A DNA stretch of 64,000 nt from Candidatus Eiseniibacteriota bacterium. GTDB lineage: Bacteria > Eisenbacteria > RBG-16-71-46. This document shows, in pieces, positions 18,937 to 28,952 of the stretch. The stretch is from NCBI GenBank assembly GCA_044222045.1, contig JBGAOB010000003.1:780-64779 (forward strand), written 5' to 3'. The translations under genes and the position numbers were made by a program. Every line of letters begins with the position of its first letter. Positions within the stretch are counted from its first letter, which is position 1. A model generated the notes under the pieces. It had not been told where the DNA came from and made no database searches. It saw nothing but the letters and a program-made list of their open reading frames with translations.

Positions 18937-18956
18937 CCTCGTCGTCTCGTCGGGCG

Positions 18957-21398
18957 TCAGTCCCCCACCACCACGATCCGCGTCGTCGCTTCGCCGTGGG
19001 GCGTGCGGAGCCGGGCGTGGTACACGCCGGCGGGCAGCGAAGCCGCCGGCACGGTGACCTGGCTGCGCCCCGCCGGGCGCAGCTCACCGGCGAGCAGCGT
19101 GCGCACGCGCCGGCCCTGCACGTCGAGCAGTTCGAGCGTCACGCGCGTCGCCACGGGCAGGTCGAACGCGAGCGTGCCGCGCCCGCGCAGCGGATGCGGC
19201 GCCGGAGCGGCCAGGCGCACCGCGGTGTGCGCACGCCCCGGCGGCGGCGCCGAGACCACGATGAGGGACGTGTCCTGGATCGCCGCCAGGTGCGTTCGCG
19301 CCACGCCCGCGATGCTGTTGTAGAGCCCGCCCACGTAGATCATCTGCCCGCCGCTCGCGAGCGCGTTGACCTGGCCGAGATCGAGGTTCGCGAGCCACGG
19401 GCGGGCCACCGCGGTCGCCGAATCGACGACCGCGAACTTGGATCGCGGCACGCCGCTGATCTGCGTGAACGTGCCGCCGATGTACACGCGCGAGCCGAGC
19501 GCGAGCACCTCGTCGCAGAAGGCGGTCGGATTGGGATTCCACGCGAGCGCGGCGCCCGTGACCGGGTCGAGCGCGGCCACGTAGCGGCGCACGAAGCCGC
19601 CGATGTTCGTGAACTGGCCGGCGGCGTACACGCGGCTGGGCGTCAGCGTGAGCCCGTTCACGGTGCCATCGGCGCCGGGGTTCCACGCCAGCACGGTGCC
19701 GGAATCCGGGTGCAGCGCCACGATGCGGTTGCGCGCGATGCTGCTGACCGTGGTGAACACGCCGGCGGCGTACACGCGCCCGTGGCCGATCGCGAGCGCG
19801 TTCACCACGCCGCCGGCATTCGGGCTCCACGCCCGCAGCGCGCCGCCGGCCGTGTCCACCGCGGCCAGTCGGTTGCGCGGTTGCCCGCCCACGGTGGTGA
19901 ACTGGCCTCCCAGGTAGATCGACGTGTCGCTGGCCGCGAGTGCGTTGATCGTGCTGCTCGAGTTGGGATTCCACGGCAACACCGCTCCGGTCACGGCGTG
20001 CACGGCGGCCAGTCGGCTGCGCGACACGCCGCCGACGTTCGTGAACACGCCGCCCAGGTAGATCTTCTCGCCCACCTTGATCATGGCGTTCACCTCGCCG
20101 CTCGCACCCGGGTTCCACGCCGTCGCCTGGCCGGTGCCCACGTGGAACGACGCGAGGTTGTTGCGCAGGACCACGTTCATGGCCGCGAAGTAGCCGCCCA
20201 CGTACAGCGTGGTGCCCTGCGCCGCGATCACGTCCACGCTCGCGCTCGCCATCGGATTCCACGCGAGCGGCGCGGCCGTCACCGGGTCGAGTGCCGCGAG
20301 GTAGTTGCGACTCTGGCCGGCGATCGTGGCGAAGCCGCCGCCGATGTACGGCACGCCACCGACCACCGCGAGGGCGCTCACGGCGCCGGAGATGTTCGGA
20401 TTCCACGCGGTGGCGAGACCGGTCGTGGCCGACAGCTCCGCCAGTGCGAACCGCGACACGCTGCCGTTCACGGCGAAGAAGTTGCCCGCCACGTACAGGT
20501 TGGCGCCGTTCGGAACGATCGTGTTGACGTCGCCGTTCACGTTGGGATTCCACGCCGTCAGCGTGCCCGTGGCGATCGTGACCGAGGCGAGCGCGCTGCG
20601 CACGCCGCCGAGCATCTTGTTGAACCGGCCTCCCACGTACAGCGTGCCGCCGTCCACGCGCAGCTCCATCACTTCCGGGAACGACGTCACCGTGTCGGCG
20701 ACGGCCGGGTTCCACGCGGTCACCGCGCCGGCGCCGGCGGTGTCGATGGCGGCGAGGCAGGATCGCGGCTGGCCGCCCACGGTGGTGAACAAGCCCCCCG
20801 CGTACACGGTGGCGCCCGACACGACGACGGCGTCGACCGACGTGCTGGCGTCGGGATTCCACGGGGTGAGTGCGCCGGTGGTGGCGTTGAACGCCGCCAG
20901 CCGGTTGCGCGTGACGCTGTTCGCCTGCGTGAACACGCCGCCGGCGTAGAGCACGCCGTTCGCCAGGGCGAGCGACTGCACGCGGTCGCTGGTGCTCGCG
21001 GTCCACGCCGCCACGCTCCCGTCGGCATTGATCCGCGCCAGGTTCTGTCGGCGGAGCCCGCCCACCGAGTCGAACGCTCCCGCGACGAACCAGCCGCCCG
21101 AACCGTCGGCGACGATCGCGTGCACGGTGCCGCGCACGGCCGCACTCGGGAGCGGCGTGTGGACGCCCGCGGTGAACCGGAGCCCGCCGCCCGTCCACGG
21201 CCCGACGTTCTTGAACAGCCCCGCGGCGTACAGCGTGTCCCCCGAGCGGATGAGCGCGTTGACCTCGCCGTCGGGCACCCACAGGTCCAGGTCGACGAGT
21301 TGGGCGTGCGCGGCGGAGCCCGCCGAGACGAGCGCCAGCGGAAGCAGCAGCCGAAGCAGCGCGCGGCCGGCCAGGGTGCGGAGCGAGCGTCGGCTCAT
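18957..21398 (-). CDS. secreted ~48-aa-repeat beta-propeller-like protein with C-terminal sorting-like domain (family member 1 of 4)
   Basis: 813-aa ORF. Signal ...LLLPLALVSAGSAAHA. About 12 repeats V.AL...G..LY.GG.FT..GG..R..LAA.D..TGA...WNP.A.G. Ends AGVYHARLRTPHGEATTRIVVVGD. Confidence 0.85.
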   Translation of the reverse strand: MSRRSLRTLAGRALLRLLLPLALVSAGSAAHAQLVDLDLWVPDGEVNALIRSGDTLYAAGLFKNVGPWTGGGLRFTAGVHTPLPSAAVRGTVHAIVADGSGGWFVAGAFDSVGGLRRQNLARINADGSVAAWTASTSDRVQSLALANGVLYAGGVFTQANSVTRNRLAAFNATTGALTPWNPDASTSVDAVVVSGATVYAGGLFTTVGGQPRSCLAAIDTAGAGAVTAWNPAVADTVTSFPEVMELRVDGGTLYVGGRFNKMLGGVRSALASVTIATGTLTAWNPNVNGDVNTIVPNGANLYVAGNFFAVNGSVSRFALAELSATTGLATAWNPNISGAVSALAVVGGVPYIGGGFATIAGQSRNYLAALDPVTAAPLAWNPMASASVDVIAAQGTTLYVGGYFAAMNVVLRNNLASFHVGTGQATAWNPGASGEVNAMIKVGEKIYLGGVFTNVGGVSRSRLAAVHAVTGAVLPWNPNSSSTINALAASDTSIYLGGQFTTVGGQPRNRLAAVDTAGGALRAWSPNAGGVVNALAIGHGRVYAAGVFTTVSSIARNRIVALHPDSGTVLAWNPGADGTVNGLTLTPSRVYAAGQFTNIGGFVRRYVAALDPVTGAALAWNPNPTAFCDEVLALGSRVYIGGTFTQISGVPRSKFAVVDSATAVARPWLANLDLGQVNALASGGQMIYVGGLYNSIAGVARTHLAAIQDTSLIVVSAPPPGRAHTAVRLAAPAPHPLRGRGTLAFDLPVATRVTLELLDVQGRRVRTLLAGELRPAGRSQVTVPAASLPAGVYHARLRTPHGEATTRIVVVGD

Positions 21399-21783
21399 GG
21401 CAGGTCTCCCGGGGAGGATGGCGAGAAGGAGGACGGAGTCTTGGAGTGTCTATTGTCGAGGGCCGTCACTCGGCCCGTCCACCCTGCAATGCGTGGAATC
21501 GAGTCGAATCCCGTCATCGCGGGCCGCGCGCGCCGCGCACGACGATGTTGCGCTGCGATTCGCATCGACGAACGAGCGTCGCGGCGCGGGCACTCGCCTG
21601 CCGGGCACGTGCGGCAGCGCCGAGGTCCCGGCCGGGCCGGGCGCGTGTTGGCCGTTCGCCCACGGGTTTGCGCTTCCGGCATGGGGCGTCCGGGATCCGC
21701 GCCCCGCGCGTCCGGCCTCTCGAATCGGGCGCTGATCCTCACCCCTGCCCGACGGCCTCGGCCGAGGCCACAAGGAGTCCGCC

Positions 21784-24428
21784 ATGCACGCATCGCCCCA
21801 CGGGCCGCACCGGGTCAGGCCGGGCTTCGCCCCTTCCACTCGAGCGTTCCATCGGTTGTGGATCGTTCTCGCCACGTGCCTCGGCGCGGCCGGAGCCGCC
21901 CCTCGCGCGCAGGCCGTGCCCACGCTGCTCGACGGCGGCTGGGTCGCCGAGGGCCCCGTGCTCTCGATCGCGCGCACGCCGACCCGCGTGTACATCGGTG
22001 GCTCGTTCACGCACGTGGGACCTCTGACCGGGGGTGGCGTGCCCGTGGGCCGCGCGTCGGGCCAGCCGCTGCGGTGTCCGCGGTGGTGTCCGATGGCGCG
22101 GGCGGCTGGTACATCGGCGGCGTGTTCAACTTCGTGGACGGCCTGCCGCGGACGAATCTCGCGCACGTGCTGGCCGACGGCAGCGTGTCCGACTGGGCCC
22201 CCGTCGCGAACGGCACGGTCAGTGCGCTGGTGCTGGACGGCAACCGGCTGTACGTCGGCGGCTCGTTCACGAATCTCGGCGGGCAGATCCGCAACCGCAT
22301 CGGGGCCGTCGACGCCACGACCGGTGCGGCGCTCCCCTGGTACCCCGCACCCGGCACGAACGGGGCGGTGGGTGCGATCGTCGTGAGCGGCGGAACGGTG
22401 TACATCGCGGGCGCCTTCACCGGGATCGGAGTGGAGTCGCGCCCGTGGATCGCGGCGCTGGATGCCTCGACGGCGGCGGTGACGAGCTGGAATCCGGCCG
22501 CGAACGGCGTCGTCACCGCACTCGCGACGGACGGCAGCGTCATCTACGCGGCCGGCGCGTTCAACTTCATCGGTGGAGCCAGCCGCGCCTCGCTCGCGGC
22601 GTTGAGTATGACGTCGGGCGCGGCCACCGGCTGGGCTCCGTTCGCGGACGACGAGGTGTCCACGATCGCGCTCGACGGCGGCACCCTGTATGTCGGCGGG
22701 TACTTCACGAGCGTGAACGGCGTCGGGCGCAATCGCGCCGCCGCCCTCGACGCCACGACCGGCGCGCTCCGCAGCTGGAACCCGGACGCGAACGGACGAC
22801 TCAACCGCGTGTTCGCGAGCGGCGGCACGATCTACGCGGGCGGCTTCTTCACGAACATCGGCGGCTCGGCGCGCAATCGCGTCGCCGCGCTCGACACGAC
22901 CACCGGCGCCGCGACGCCATGGGACCCGAACGCGAGCGACGGCGTCTACGCGTTCGCGGTGCAGGACTCGGTCGTCTACGTGGGTGGCGCCTACTGGAGC
23001 ATCGGCGGCGTGACGCGCAACCGGCTGGCGGCGCTGGACGTCGTCACGGGCGCCGCGACGGCATGGAACCCGAACGCGAACGGCGCGGTGCGTGCGCTGG
23101 CGGTGAGCGACGGCGTCGTTCACGCGGGCGGTGACTTCACGAACGTGGGCGGGCTCGCGCGCGGCCGACTCGCCGCGATCGACACGGCGAGCGGCGTGCC
23201 CACGGCCTGGAATCCCGATGCGAACGGCCCGGTGTCCGCGCTCGCATCGAGCGGCGGCACCGTGTACGCCGGCGGCCTGTTCACGACCGTCGGCGGATCC
23301 GGGCGCACCCGGCTCGCCGCGATCGAGTCCGCGACCGGCGTCCTCACCGCGTGGAACCCCGGCGCCGACAACGCCGTGATCGCGCTGGTCGCGCGTGGTG
23401 CCACGGTGTGGGCCGGTGGCGCGTTCGCCAACGCCGGCGGCGCCGGGCGCGCGTTCCTCGCCGCGATCGACTCCGCGAGCGGCGCGGCCACGGCTTGGAA
23501 CCCCGGGGCGAACGCATCGGTGATGGCGCTCGCGCTCGACGGCGGCACCGTGTACGCCGGTGGCGCGTTCACGTCGGCGGGTGGCGAGCCCCGGAACCGG
23601 ATCGCCGCGCTCGACGCCACGAGCGGCGCCCTGCTGCCGTGGGATCCGAACGCGTCGAGCATCGTCTACTCGCTCGCCGCTTCGGAGGGCGTCGTGTACG
23701 CCGGCGGGATCTTCGCGAGCATCGGCGGCGCAGGCCGTACGGGCCTCGCCGCGCTCGATCCTTCGACCGGCGCGGCGACCGCATGGAATCCCGCCGTTCT
23801 CGGCGGCGTGCTCGCGCTGGCCGCGGGCGACGGCCGGGTCGTCGCCGGCGGCAACTTCGCTCGCGTCGGTGAGTGGCGGCGGAACAACCTCGCCTCGTTC
23901 GTCGACGATGCGCTGCTGGGCGCACCCGCGCGACCGACCGCCGGCCGCGACCTGGCTCTCGGGGTCTCGCCGAACCCGGCGGCCTCCGCGGTCGCGATCA
24001 CGTTCACGCTGCCGGCGGCCGGCCGCGCCCGCCTCGAGGTGTTCGACCTGCGCGGGGCGCGCGTGCGCACGCTCGCCGACCGCGAGTTTCCGGCCGGCAC
24101 GCAGCGGCTCGCGTGGGACGGCGCCGATCGAGAGGGCCGCGCACTCGCGCCGGGTCTCTACCTCGCGCGGCTGGCCGCTCCTTCCGGCGTGGCCGTCGTG
24201 GAGGAGCGCGACGGCCCGGTGCGTGGATCGGTTGGGACCGACCAGCCGGGCGAAGTAGATTCCCGCGGGCAGCGACGCGCCCACGTCGTCGCGTCCATCC
24301 CACGTGACGGTGCCCGAGCCCTGCGCGTCGCCGACGTACAACCGGCGCACGCGTGCGCCCGTCACGTCGTGCACGTCCAGCGTGACGCGCTCGCGGCGCG
24401 CAACCGTGTAGCGGAACGCGGTCCGTGA
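21784..24428 (+). pseudogene. propeller-repeat family member 2, disrupted: frameshift near 22068..22075 and no native stop (last strand of the C-terminal domain missing)
   Basis: ATG 21784 (AAGGAG upstream) gives signal peptide plus ...IGGSFTHVGPLTGGGVPVGRASGQP in one frame. The family sequence continues (AVSAVVSDGAGGWYIGGVFNFVDGLPRTNLAHVLADGSV...) in the -1 frame. Homology stops near 24200 (...PGLYLARLAAPSGVAVV). The ORF then reads antisense of the neighbouring gene to a stop at 24428. Confidence 0.65.
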
Positions 24429-25400
24429 ACCGAACGGATTCGGGCCGGCGACGGCGAGCGCCAGGCCGGACGATGCCGGCGCGGGCGGCGCGTCCTCGAT
24501 GCCCGAAACGTCGATCCGTGCGAGCCGGCTCAGTTCTTCGGTGGCGCCGTGCGTGACACGCACTTCGTACCAGCCCGAATCGGAGTGCGCCGCGTTCGAC
24601 ACCGTGAGCACGCGCGTGCGGGCGCCGCTCACGCGCCCGCCGTCGGCGAGCACGACGCCGTTGCGGCGCCACTCGAAGCCGAGCGAGTCGACCGGCAGGT
24701 TCGTCGCGACCGAGAGACGGATCACGGCGCCGTCGGTCACGGTCGAGTCGTGCGGGCCGTCCTGGAGCAGCGGGTCGGCCACCATCGAAAACGTGAGGAT
24801 GTAGCTGTACGTGCCGCCGTAGGCGTAGTCGTCGCTGCCGCGCGCCGCCGCCTGGCCGCGGATGTAGTAGTCGCCCGCCGCGAGTCGCCGCCGAACGTGG
24901 ATCTCACCGGTCTGCAGGGAGTCCACCACCATCTGGGGCCCCGACTGGGGGCGGAACAACCAGACGTACGCGGGATCGCCGGCAGGTCCGCCCGGGTCCA
25001 CCCAGGCGTCGAGCGAGTAGGCCATGGTGGTCGGGAGCCGGAACTTGAACTGCGCGATCGAGTAGACCCGGTAACTCGGGTTCAAGGGAGGACCGGACCA
25101 GCCGGCGTTGGCGGTGCCGGAGGCATGGATGCCCTGGCCGACCAGCTCGGACACCTGCCACGCGAAGCCGTTGCATTGCCCCCCCACCTCCTTGTCGGGG
25201 TTGAGCAGGGTCTGGTCGTTCGTGTCGACCCACGGGGCGAATCCGGCGCCGGGGCTCTGGAGGGTGTCGAGCGTCCGTCCGGCGTAGTGGATTTCCACCG
25301 CGTTCCAGCGGTCGGCCTCGAGCGGGAGCATCTGTGCCAGCGCGGGCGCCGCGGAAGCGAGCAGCACGAGCGCCGCGAGGGCCATCCGGAATCGTCGCAT
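24201..25400 (-). CDS. secreted protein: unknown N-domain, Ig-like domain, C-terminal sorting-like domain; native stop codon absent
   Basis: ATG 25400 (GGGAGGA upstream). Signal MRRFRMALAALVLLASAAPALA. Ig-like ...FEWRRNGVVLADGGRVSGA...DSGWYEVRV. C-terminal domain complete to ...AGIYFARLVGPNRSTHRAVALL (24201), but the next codon is CAC and the frame stays open to 21450. The 3' boundary given is homology-based. Confidence 0.6.
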
Positions 25401-25604
25401 CGTCGAGTCCTCCCGATCGGAATGGGCGATCCCCGCCCCTCCCGGGTGCCGGCCCGGCCCGAGGGCGGAGTACAATCGCGGCCGCTTCGCTCGCGGACCG
25501 CGCGGACCCTTCGGCCGGGATGCTGCACCGATCGCGGGGTCCACCTTCGGAGAAGCGAGTTCCCGACCCGGAACGGCCAACGCAATCGGAGGACGAACCG
25601 CCCC

Positions 25605-26180
25605 GTGGACCCGAAGGACGTCACGGTCGCACTTCGCGAAGTCGCCGCCGGTGATCCGGCGGCCGTCGATCGCCTGTTCCCGGTCGTCTACGAGGAGCTC
25701 CGTCGTCGCGCGGCGGCGTACCTGCGGCAGGAGCGCCCCGACCACACCCTGCAGCCCACGGCACTGGCGCACGAGGCGTACCTGAAACTCGCCGCGCAGG
25801 ACGGCCTGAGAGTGCAGGATCGCGCGCACTTCCTGGCACTGGCGGCGCGGGCGATGCGCGCCATCCTCGTGGACCACGCCCGGCGGCGGCGCGCGCTCAA
25901 GCGCGGCGGGGGGCGCACGCCGACGCTGCTGGCCGACGCGCTCGTGGTCGTAGGCCCCGACGCCGAAGCGTTCGACGATCTCGACCGGGCACTCGATCGC
26001 CTCGCGCAGCACAGCGAGCGGCAGGCGCGCGTGGTGGAGTTGCGCTACTTCGGGGGCCTGACCATCGAGGAGATCGCGGGCGTGCTCGGCGTCTCCGCGG
26101 GGACCGTGAAGCGGGACTGGACGCTGTCGCGCGCCTGGCTCTACCGCGAGTTGTCGGGCCCACCCGGCGCGGCGGGCTGA
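25605..26180 (+). CDS. ECF-type RNA polymerase sigma factor (PF07638 / TIGR02999-like)
   Basis: GTG 25605, 11 nt after GGAGGA. ...AAGDPAAVDRLFPVVYEELRRRAAAYLRQERPDHTLQPTALAHEAYLKL...RVVELRYFGGLTIEEIAGVLGVSAGTVKRDWTLSRAWL is the full-length signature of this family as I remember it. Confidence 0.85.
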   Translation: MDPKDVTVALREVAAGDPAAVDRLFPVVYEELRRRAAAYLRQERPDHTLQPTALAHEAYLKLAAQDGLRVQDRAHFLALAARAMRAILVDHARRRRALKRGGGRTPTLLADALVVVGPDAEAFDDLDRALDRLAQHSERQARVVELRYFGGLTIEEIAGVLGVSAGTVKRDWTLSRAWLYRELSGPPGAAG

Positions 26181-28741
26181 GCCGGCTTCGCCCGGCGGCC
26201 CGGCTCCGCGAGTTCCGCGAGCCGTTTCGCGAGCCACGCCGGCGCGTTCCGCTCCTCGCCGGGAATTGCGCCGGCCGCGTCGAGCGCACGGAACTCCACG
26301 AGCGCTCGCGTGAGGGAAACCCGCGCCCGCTGTTCCCGGACCGCGTCCCCGGTTCGGCCCGGCGTCGCGAGCGCCGCGACGCGCCAGGCCTCGCCGGCCT
26401 CGCGGAGCGACTGCGCCAGGCTCAGTCGGCTCCTGGCGTTCGCGGTGTCCGCGGTGAGCACCGTCGTCCATCGCGACACGGCGCGTTCGAAACGCTCGGC
26501 GGCGGCCGCGTGCCGGCCCCCGTCGCGGAGGATGCACCCGATCTCGTAGTCGCCGACCGCGAGGTCCTCCTGCTGCAGGGCGCTGTCGGAGTCCCGCGCG
26601 GCGAGCTGCTCGGAGATGCGCATCGCCCTTTCGTACGTCGACAGCGCCGAGTCGACCTGCCCGCCGGCGCTGTACGCGAAGGCGAGCAGCGACCAGTAGA
26701 TGGAGAGGTCGCGCGCCGCATCCAGGTGATCGGGCTGCTCCGCGACGGCTTCGAGCGCGAGCGGCCCCGCGAGCCGCAGGTGCGCCTGCGCCGAATCGGG
26801 ACGGCGCCACGCCGTGAAGAGCTGCGCCAGCTTCATCTGGCCGATCAGCCGCGAGCGCCGCACGTCCGGGTCGTGCGGGGAGCGGGCGAACGAGCGGTCC
26901 ATCTCGCGGATGCCCCGCCGGAGCTCGGCGAGCGCGGCGGCGGTGTCGCCCTCGGCGAGCGCGATGTCGGAGAGCCGATCGCACGCGACACCCATGTCCT
27001 GGATCAGCGAGCGCGACTCGGGGTCGCGCGCGAGCATCTCGCCGAGGCGCTGCTGCCCGTCGAGCAGGACCGACTTCGCGTCGGCGAGCCGGCCCATCAC
27101 GCCGAGGATGTCGGCCATGCGCTGGCTCACCACGATGCGCTCGCGACGCACCTCGACCGAGTCCGGCCACGCCCGGCTCGCCTCGTCGTAGAGAGCGAGC
27201 GAACGCCGGAAGCTCGCGAGCGCGTCGCCGGTGCGCCCGAGGCTCGCGAACATCGGCCGGCCCTGCGCGTCGCCGATGCGTGCGTAGGCCTGAGCCAGCT
27301 CGCGCTGCAGCGAGGGATCGGAGCCCGCCTCCACCGCGAGGCGGTCGAGGTACTGGAGCGCCCGGCGGACGAGCAGCTCGCGGGCGCGGGTCGAGCCGGG
27401 GATCTCGGCGATCGCGTCGTGCAGCTCGAAGACGACCGTGTGCGCGAGCTGGCGGACGTCGTCGAAGCGGCGGGTGGCGCGGTCCCTCTCGCGTCGCGCG
27501 AGTCCGGCCTGCCACGTGGTGGTGACGAGCCCCGCCACGAGCGCCGCGACCAGCAGGACGCCCGACGTGACGGCCGCGCGATGACGACGGACGAAGCGCG
27601 ACATCCGGTAGGCCGCGGACGGCCCGCGCGCGAGCACCGGGCGGCCGTCGAGGTGGCGCCGCAGATCGTCGGCGAGCTCGGCGACCGAGGCGTAGCGGCG
27701 CGACGGATCCTTCTCGAGCGCCTTGAGCACGATGTCGTCGAGATCGCCGGCGAGCCGCCGCCGTCGCGGGGCGCTCGCGGGGCCCTCGATCGCGGCGCTC
27801 GGCCGCACGGGCTCGTCCTGCGTCACCACCCGCAGGATCTCCTCGGGTGTGCGCGTGCGGAAGCGCAGCGGGCGCGCCCCGGTCAGCAGCTCGAACAGCA
27901 CGACGCCGAGCGAGTAGACGTCGCCCGCGACGCCGACCGGATCGCCTCGCACGTGCTCGGGGCTCGCGTAGTCGGGCGTCAACAGGCGGTGCAGGGCGAC
28001 GGTGGCGTCCGCCTCGTCCTCGGCGGCGTCCGGAGCGACCAGCTTCGCGATGCCGAAGTCGAGCAGGTGCGGCGCCCCGTCCGCGGTCACCAGGATGTTG
28101 TCGGACTTGAGGTCGCGGTGGATGACGAGCTGCTGGTGGGCGAACGACACGGCGGCGCACACGGTGAGGAACAGCTCGAGCCGCGCGTCCACGTCGAGCC
28201 CGTGGGTGTCGCACCACTCGAGCAGTGGCTGCCCTTCGACGTACTCCATCGCGAGGAACGGGCTGCCGTCGGGAGCGGTGCCGCCATCGACGAGCCGCGC
28301 GATGTTCGGATGCGCGAGGCGCGCCAGGATGCGTCGCTCGGCCCGGAACCGCGACAGGATCCGGTCGGAGCGCATGCCGGGCTCGACGAGCTTGATCGCG
28401 ACCTGCTGACGGAAGTCGCCCCCTTCCCGTTCGGCGCGGAAGACGACGCCCATGCCGCCGCGCCCGATCTCGTCGACGATCCGCCAGGGCCCGAGCCGAT
28501 CGCCCGGGGACGCGGCCGGCGCGAACGTGGCGGGCGACTCGAGGTATCCCTCGGCGGCCGCGTCGGCGGCGAGCAGCGATCGGAGTTCCTCCGCGAGCGC
28601 CGCATCCTCCGCTTCGAGCGAGGTGAGGCGCGCCCCGCGCTCGGCGGCGTCGAGCGGCTGCAGGGCGTGGAACAGCTCCTGCAGCCGGCTCCATGTGGGA
28701 GCGCGGGCCGGCACCCCGGGCGGCTCGAAGGTGTCACTCAT
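26141..28741 (-). CDS. Ser/Thr protein kinase with N-terminal helical extension, one TM helix and a long helical-repeat (TPR-like) C-terminal region
   Basis: 866-aa ORF. GRGGMGVVFRA, AIKLV, HRDLKSDNIL, DFGIAKL, YASPE, DLDDIVLKALEKDPSRRYAS. TM VTSGVLLVAALVAGLVTTTW. No SD; TGCTAGGTT lies 7 nt before the ATG. Confidence 0.9.
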   Translation of the reverse strand: MSDTFEPPGVPARAPTWSRLQELFHALQPLDAAERGARLTSLEAEDAALAEELRSLLAADAAAEGYLESPATFAPAASPGDRLGPWRIVDEIGRGGMGVVFRAEREGGDFRQQVAIKLVEPGMRSDRILSRFRAERRILARLAHPNIARLVDGGTAPDGSPFLAMEYVEGQPLLEWCDTHGLDVDARLELFLTVCAAVSFAHQQLVIHRDLKSDNILVTADGAPHLLDFGIAKLVAPDAAEDEADATVALHRLLTPDYASPEHVRGDPVGVAGDVYSLGVVLFELLTGARPLRFRTRTPEEILRVVTQDEPVRPSAAIEGPASAPRRRRLAGDLDDIVLKALEKDPSRRYASVAELADDLRRHLDGRPVLARGPSAAYRMSRFVRRHRAAVTSGVLLVAALVAGLVTTTWQAGLARRERDRATRRFDDVRQLAHTVVFELHDAIAEIPGSTRARELLVRRALQYLDRLAVEAGSDPSLQRELAQAYARIGDAQGRPMFASLGRTGDALASFRRSLALYDEASRAWPDSVEVRRERIVVSQRMADILGVMGRLADAKSVLLDGQQRLGEMLARDPESRSLIQDMGVACDRLSDIALAEGDTAAALAELRRGIREMDRSFARSPHDPDVRRSRLIGQMKLAQLFTAWRRPDSAQAHLRLAGPLALEAVAEQPDHLDAARDLSIYWSLLAFAYSAGGQVDSALSTYERAMRISEQLAARDSDSALQQEDLAVGDYEIGCILRDGGRHAAAAERFERAVSRWTTVLTADTANARSRLSLAQSLREAGEAWRVAALATPGRTGDAVREQRARVSLTRALVEFRALDAAGAIPGEERNAPAWLAKRLAELAEPGRRAKPAQPAAPGGPDNSR

Positions 28742-28748
28742 CGGAGAG

Positions 28749-28757
28749 AACCTAGCA
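28749..28757 (-). promoter_or_regulatory. extended -10-like element TGC-TAGGTT 7 nt upstream of the kinase ATG (leaderless-type start)
   Basis: Reverse complement of 28749..28757 is TGCTAGGTT, followed by CTCTCCG and ATG 28741. No SD and no convincing -35. Confidence 0.35.
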
Positions 28758-28952
28758 CGCAGCCACGCGCGCCCGGCCGGGAGATCCTGCGGGCTCGCCG
28801 CCCGTTCCGCACCGCCGGCCGACGCGGACGGGCCGTGATTGCCGGATCGAGGCGCATCCCGGCGCCCGCCTCCCCCGTGCGCTTTCGGACTTCCCGCACG
28901 TTCCCCCGTCAGGCGGCCACGCGGGGTGGTGCGCCGTGATCAGGAGTTCTCC

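Noticed and set aside
15881-19087. N-terminal 570 codons of this ORF, and likewise the upstream parts of ORFs 16064..18880, 18783..24428, 1455..2708 and 24549..26180
   Set aside because: Recognisable protein sequence begins only at internal starts (17356, 17612, 21784, 2298 and 25605 respectively). The upstream extensions overlap real genes on the other strand and are low-complexity.
25592-25601. A single extra copy of the LytTR-box 10-mer GACGAACCGC between the SD and the GTG of the first sigma gene
   Set aside because: It has no partner box 21 bp away, and it sits inside the translation-initiation region. One chance occurrence of a GC-rich 10-mer in the window is plausible.
21450-28694. 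2414-aa minus-strand ORF, the longest in the track
   Set aside because: Only 24201..25400 of it encodes a recognisable protein. Above 25400 it is off-frame noise through the sigma and kinase region. Below 24201 it is antisense read-through of the propeller gene, caused by the missing stop codon.
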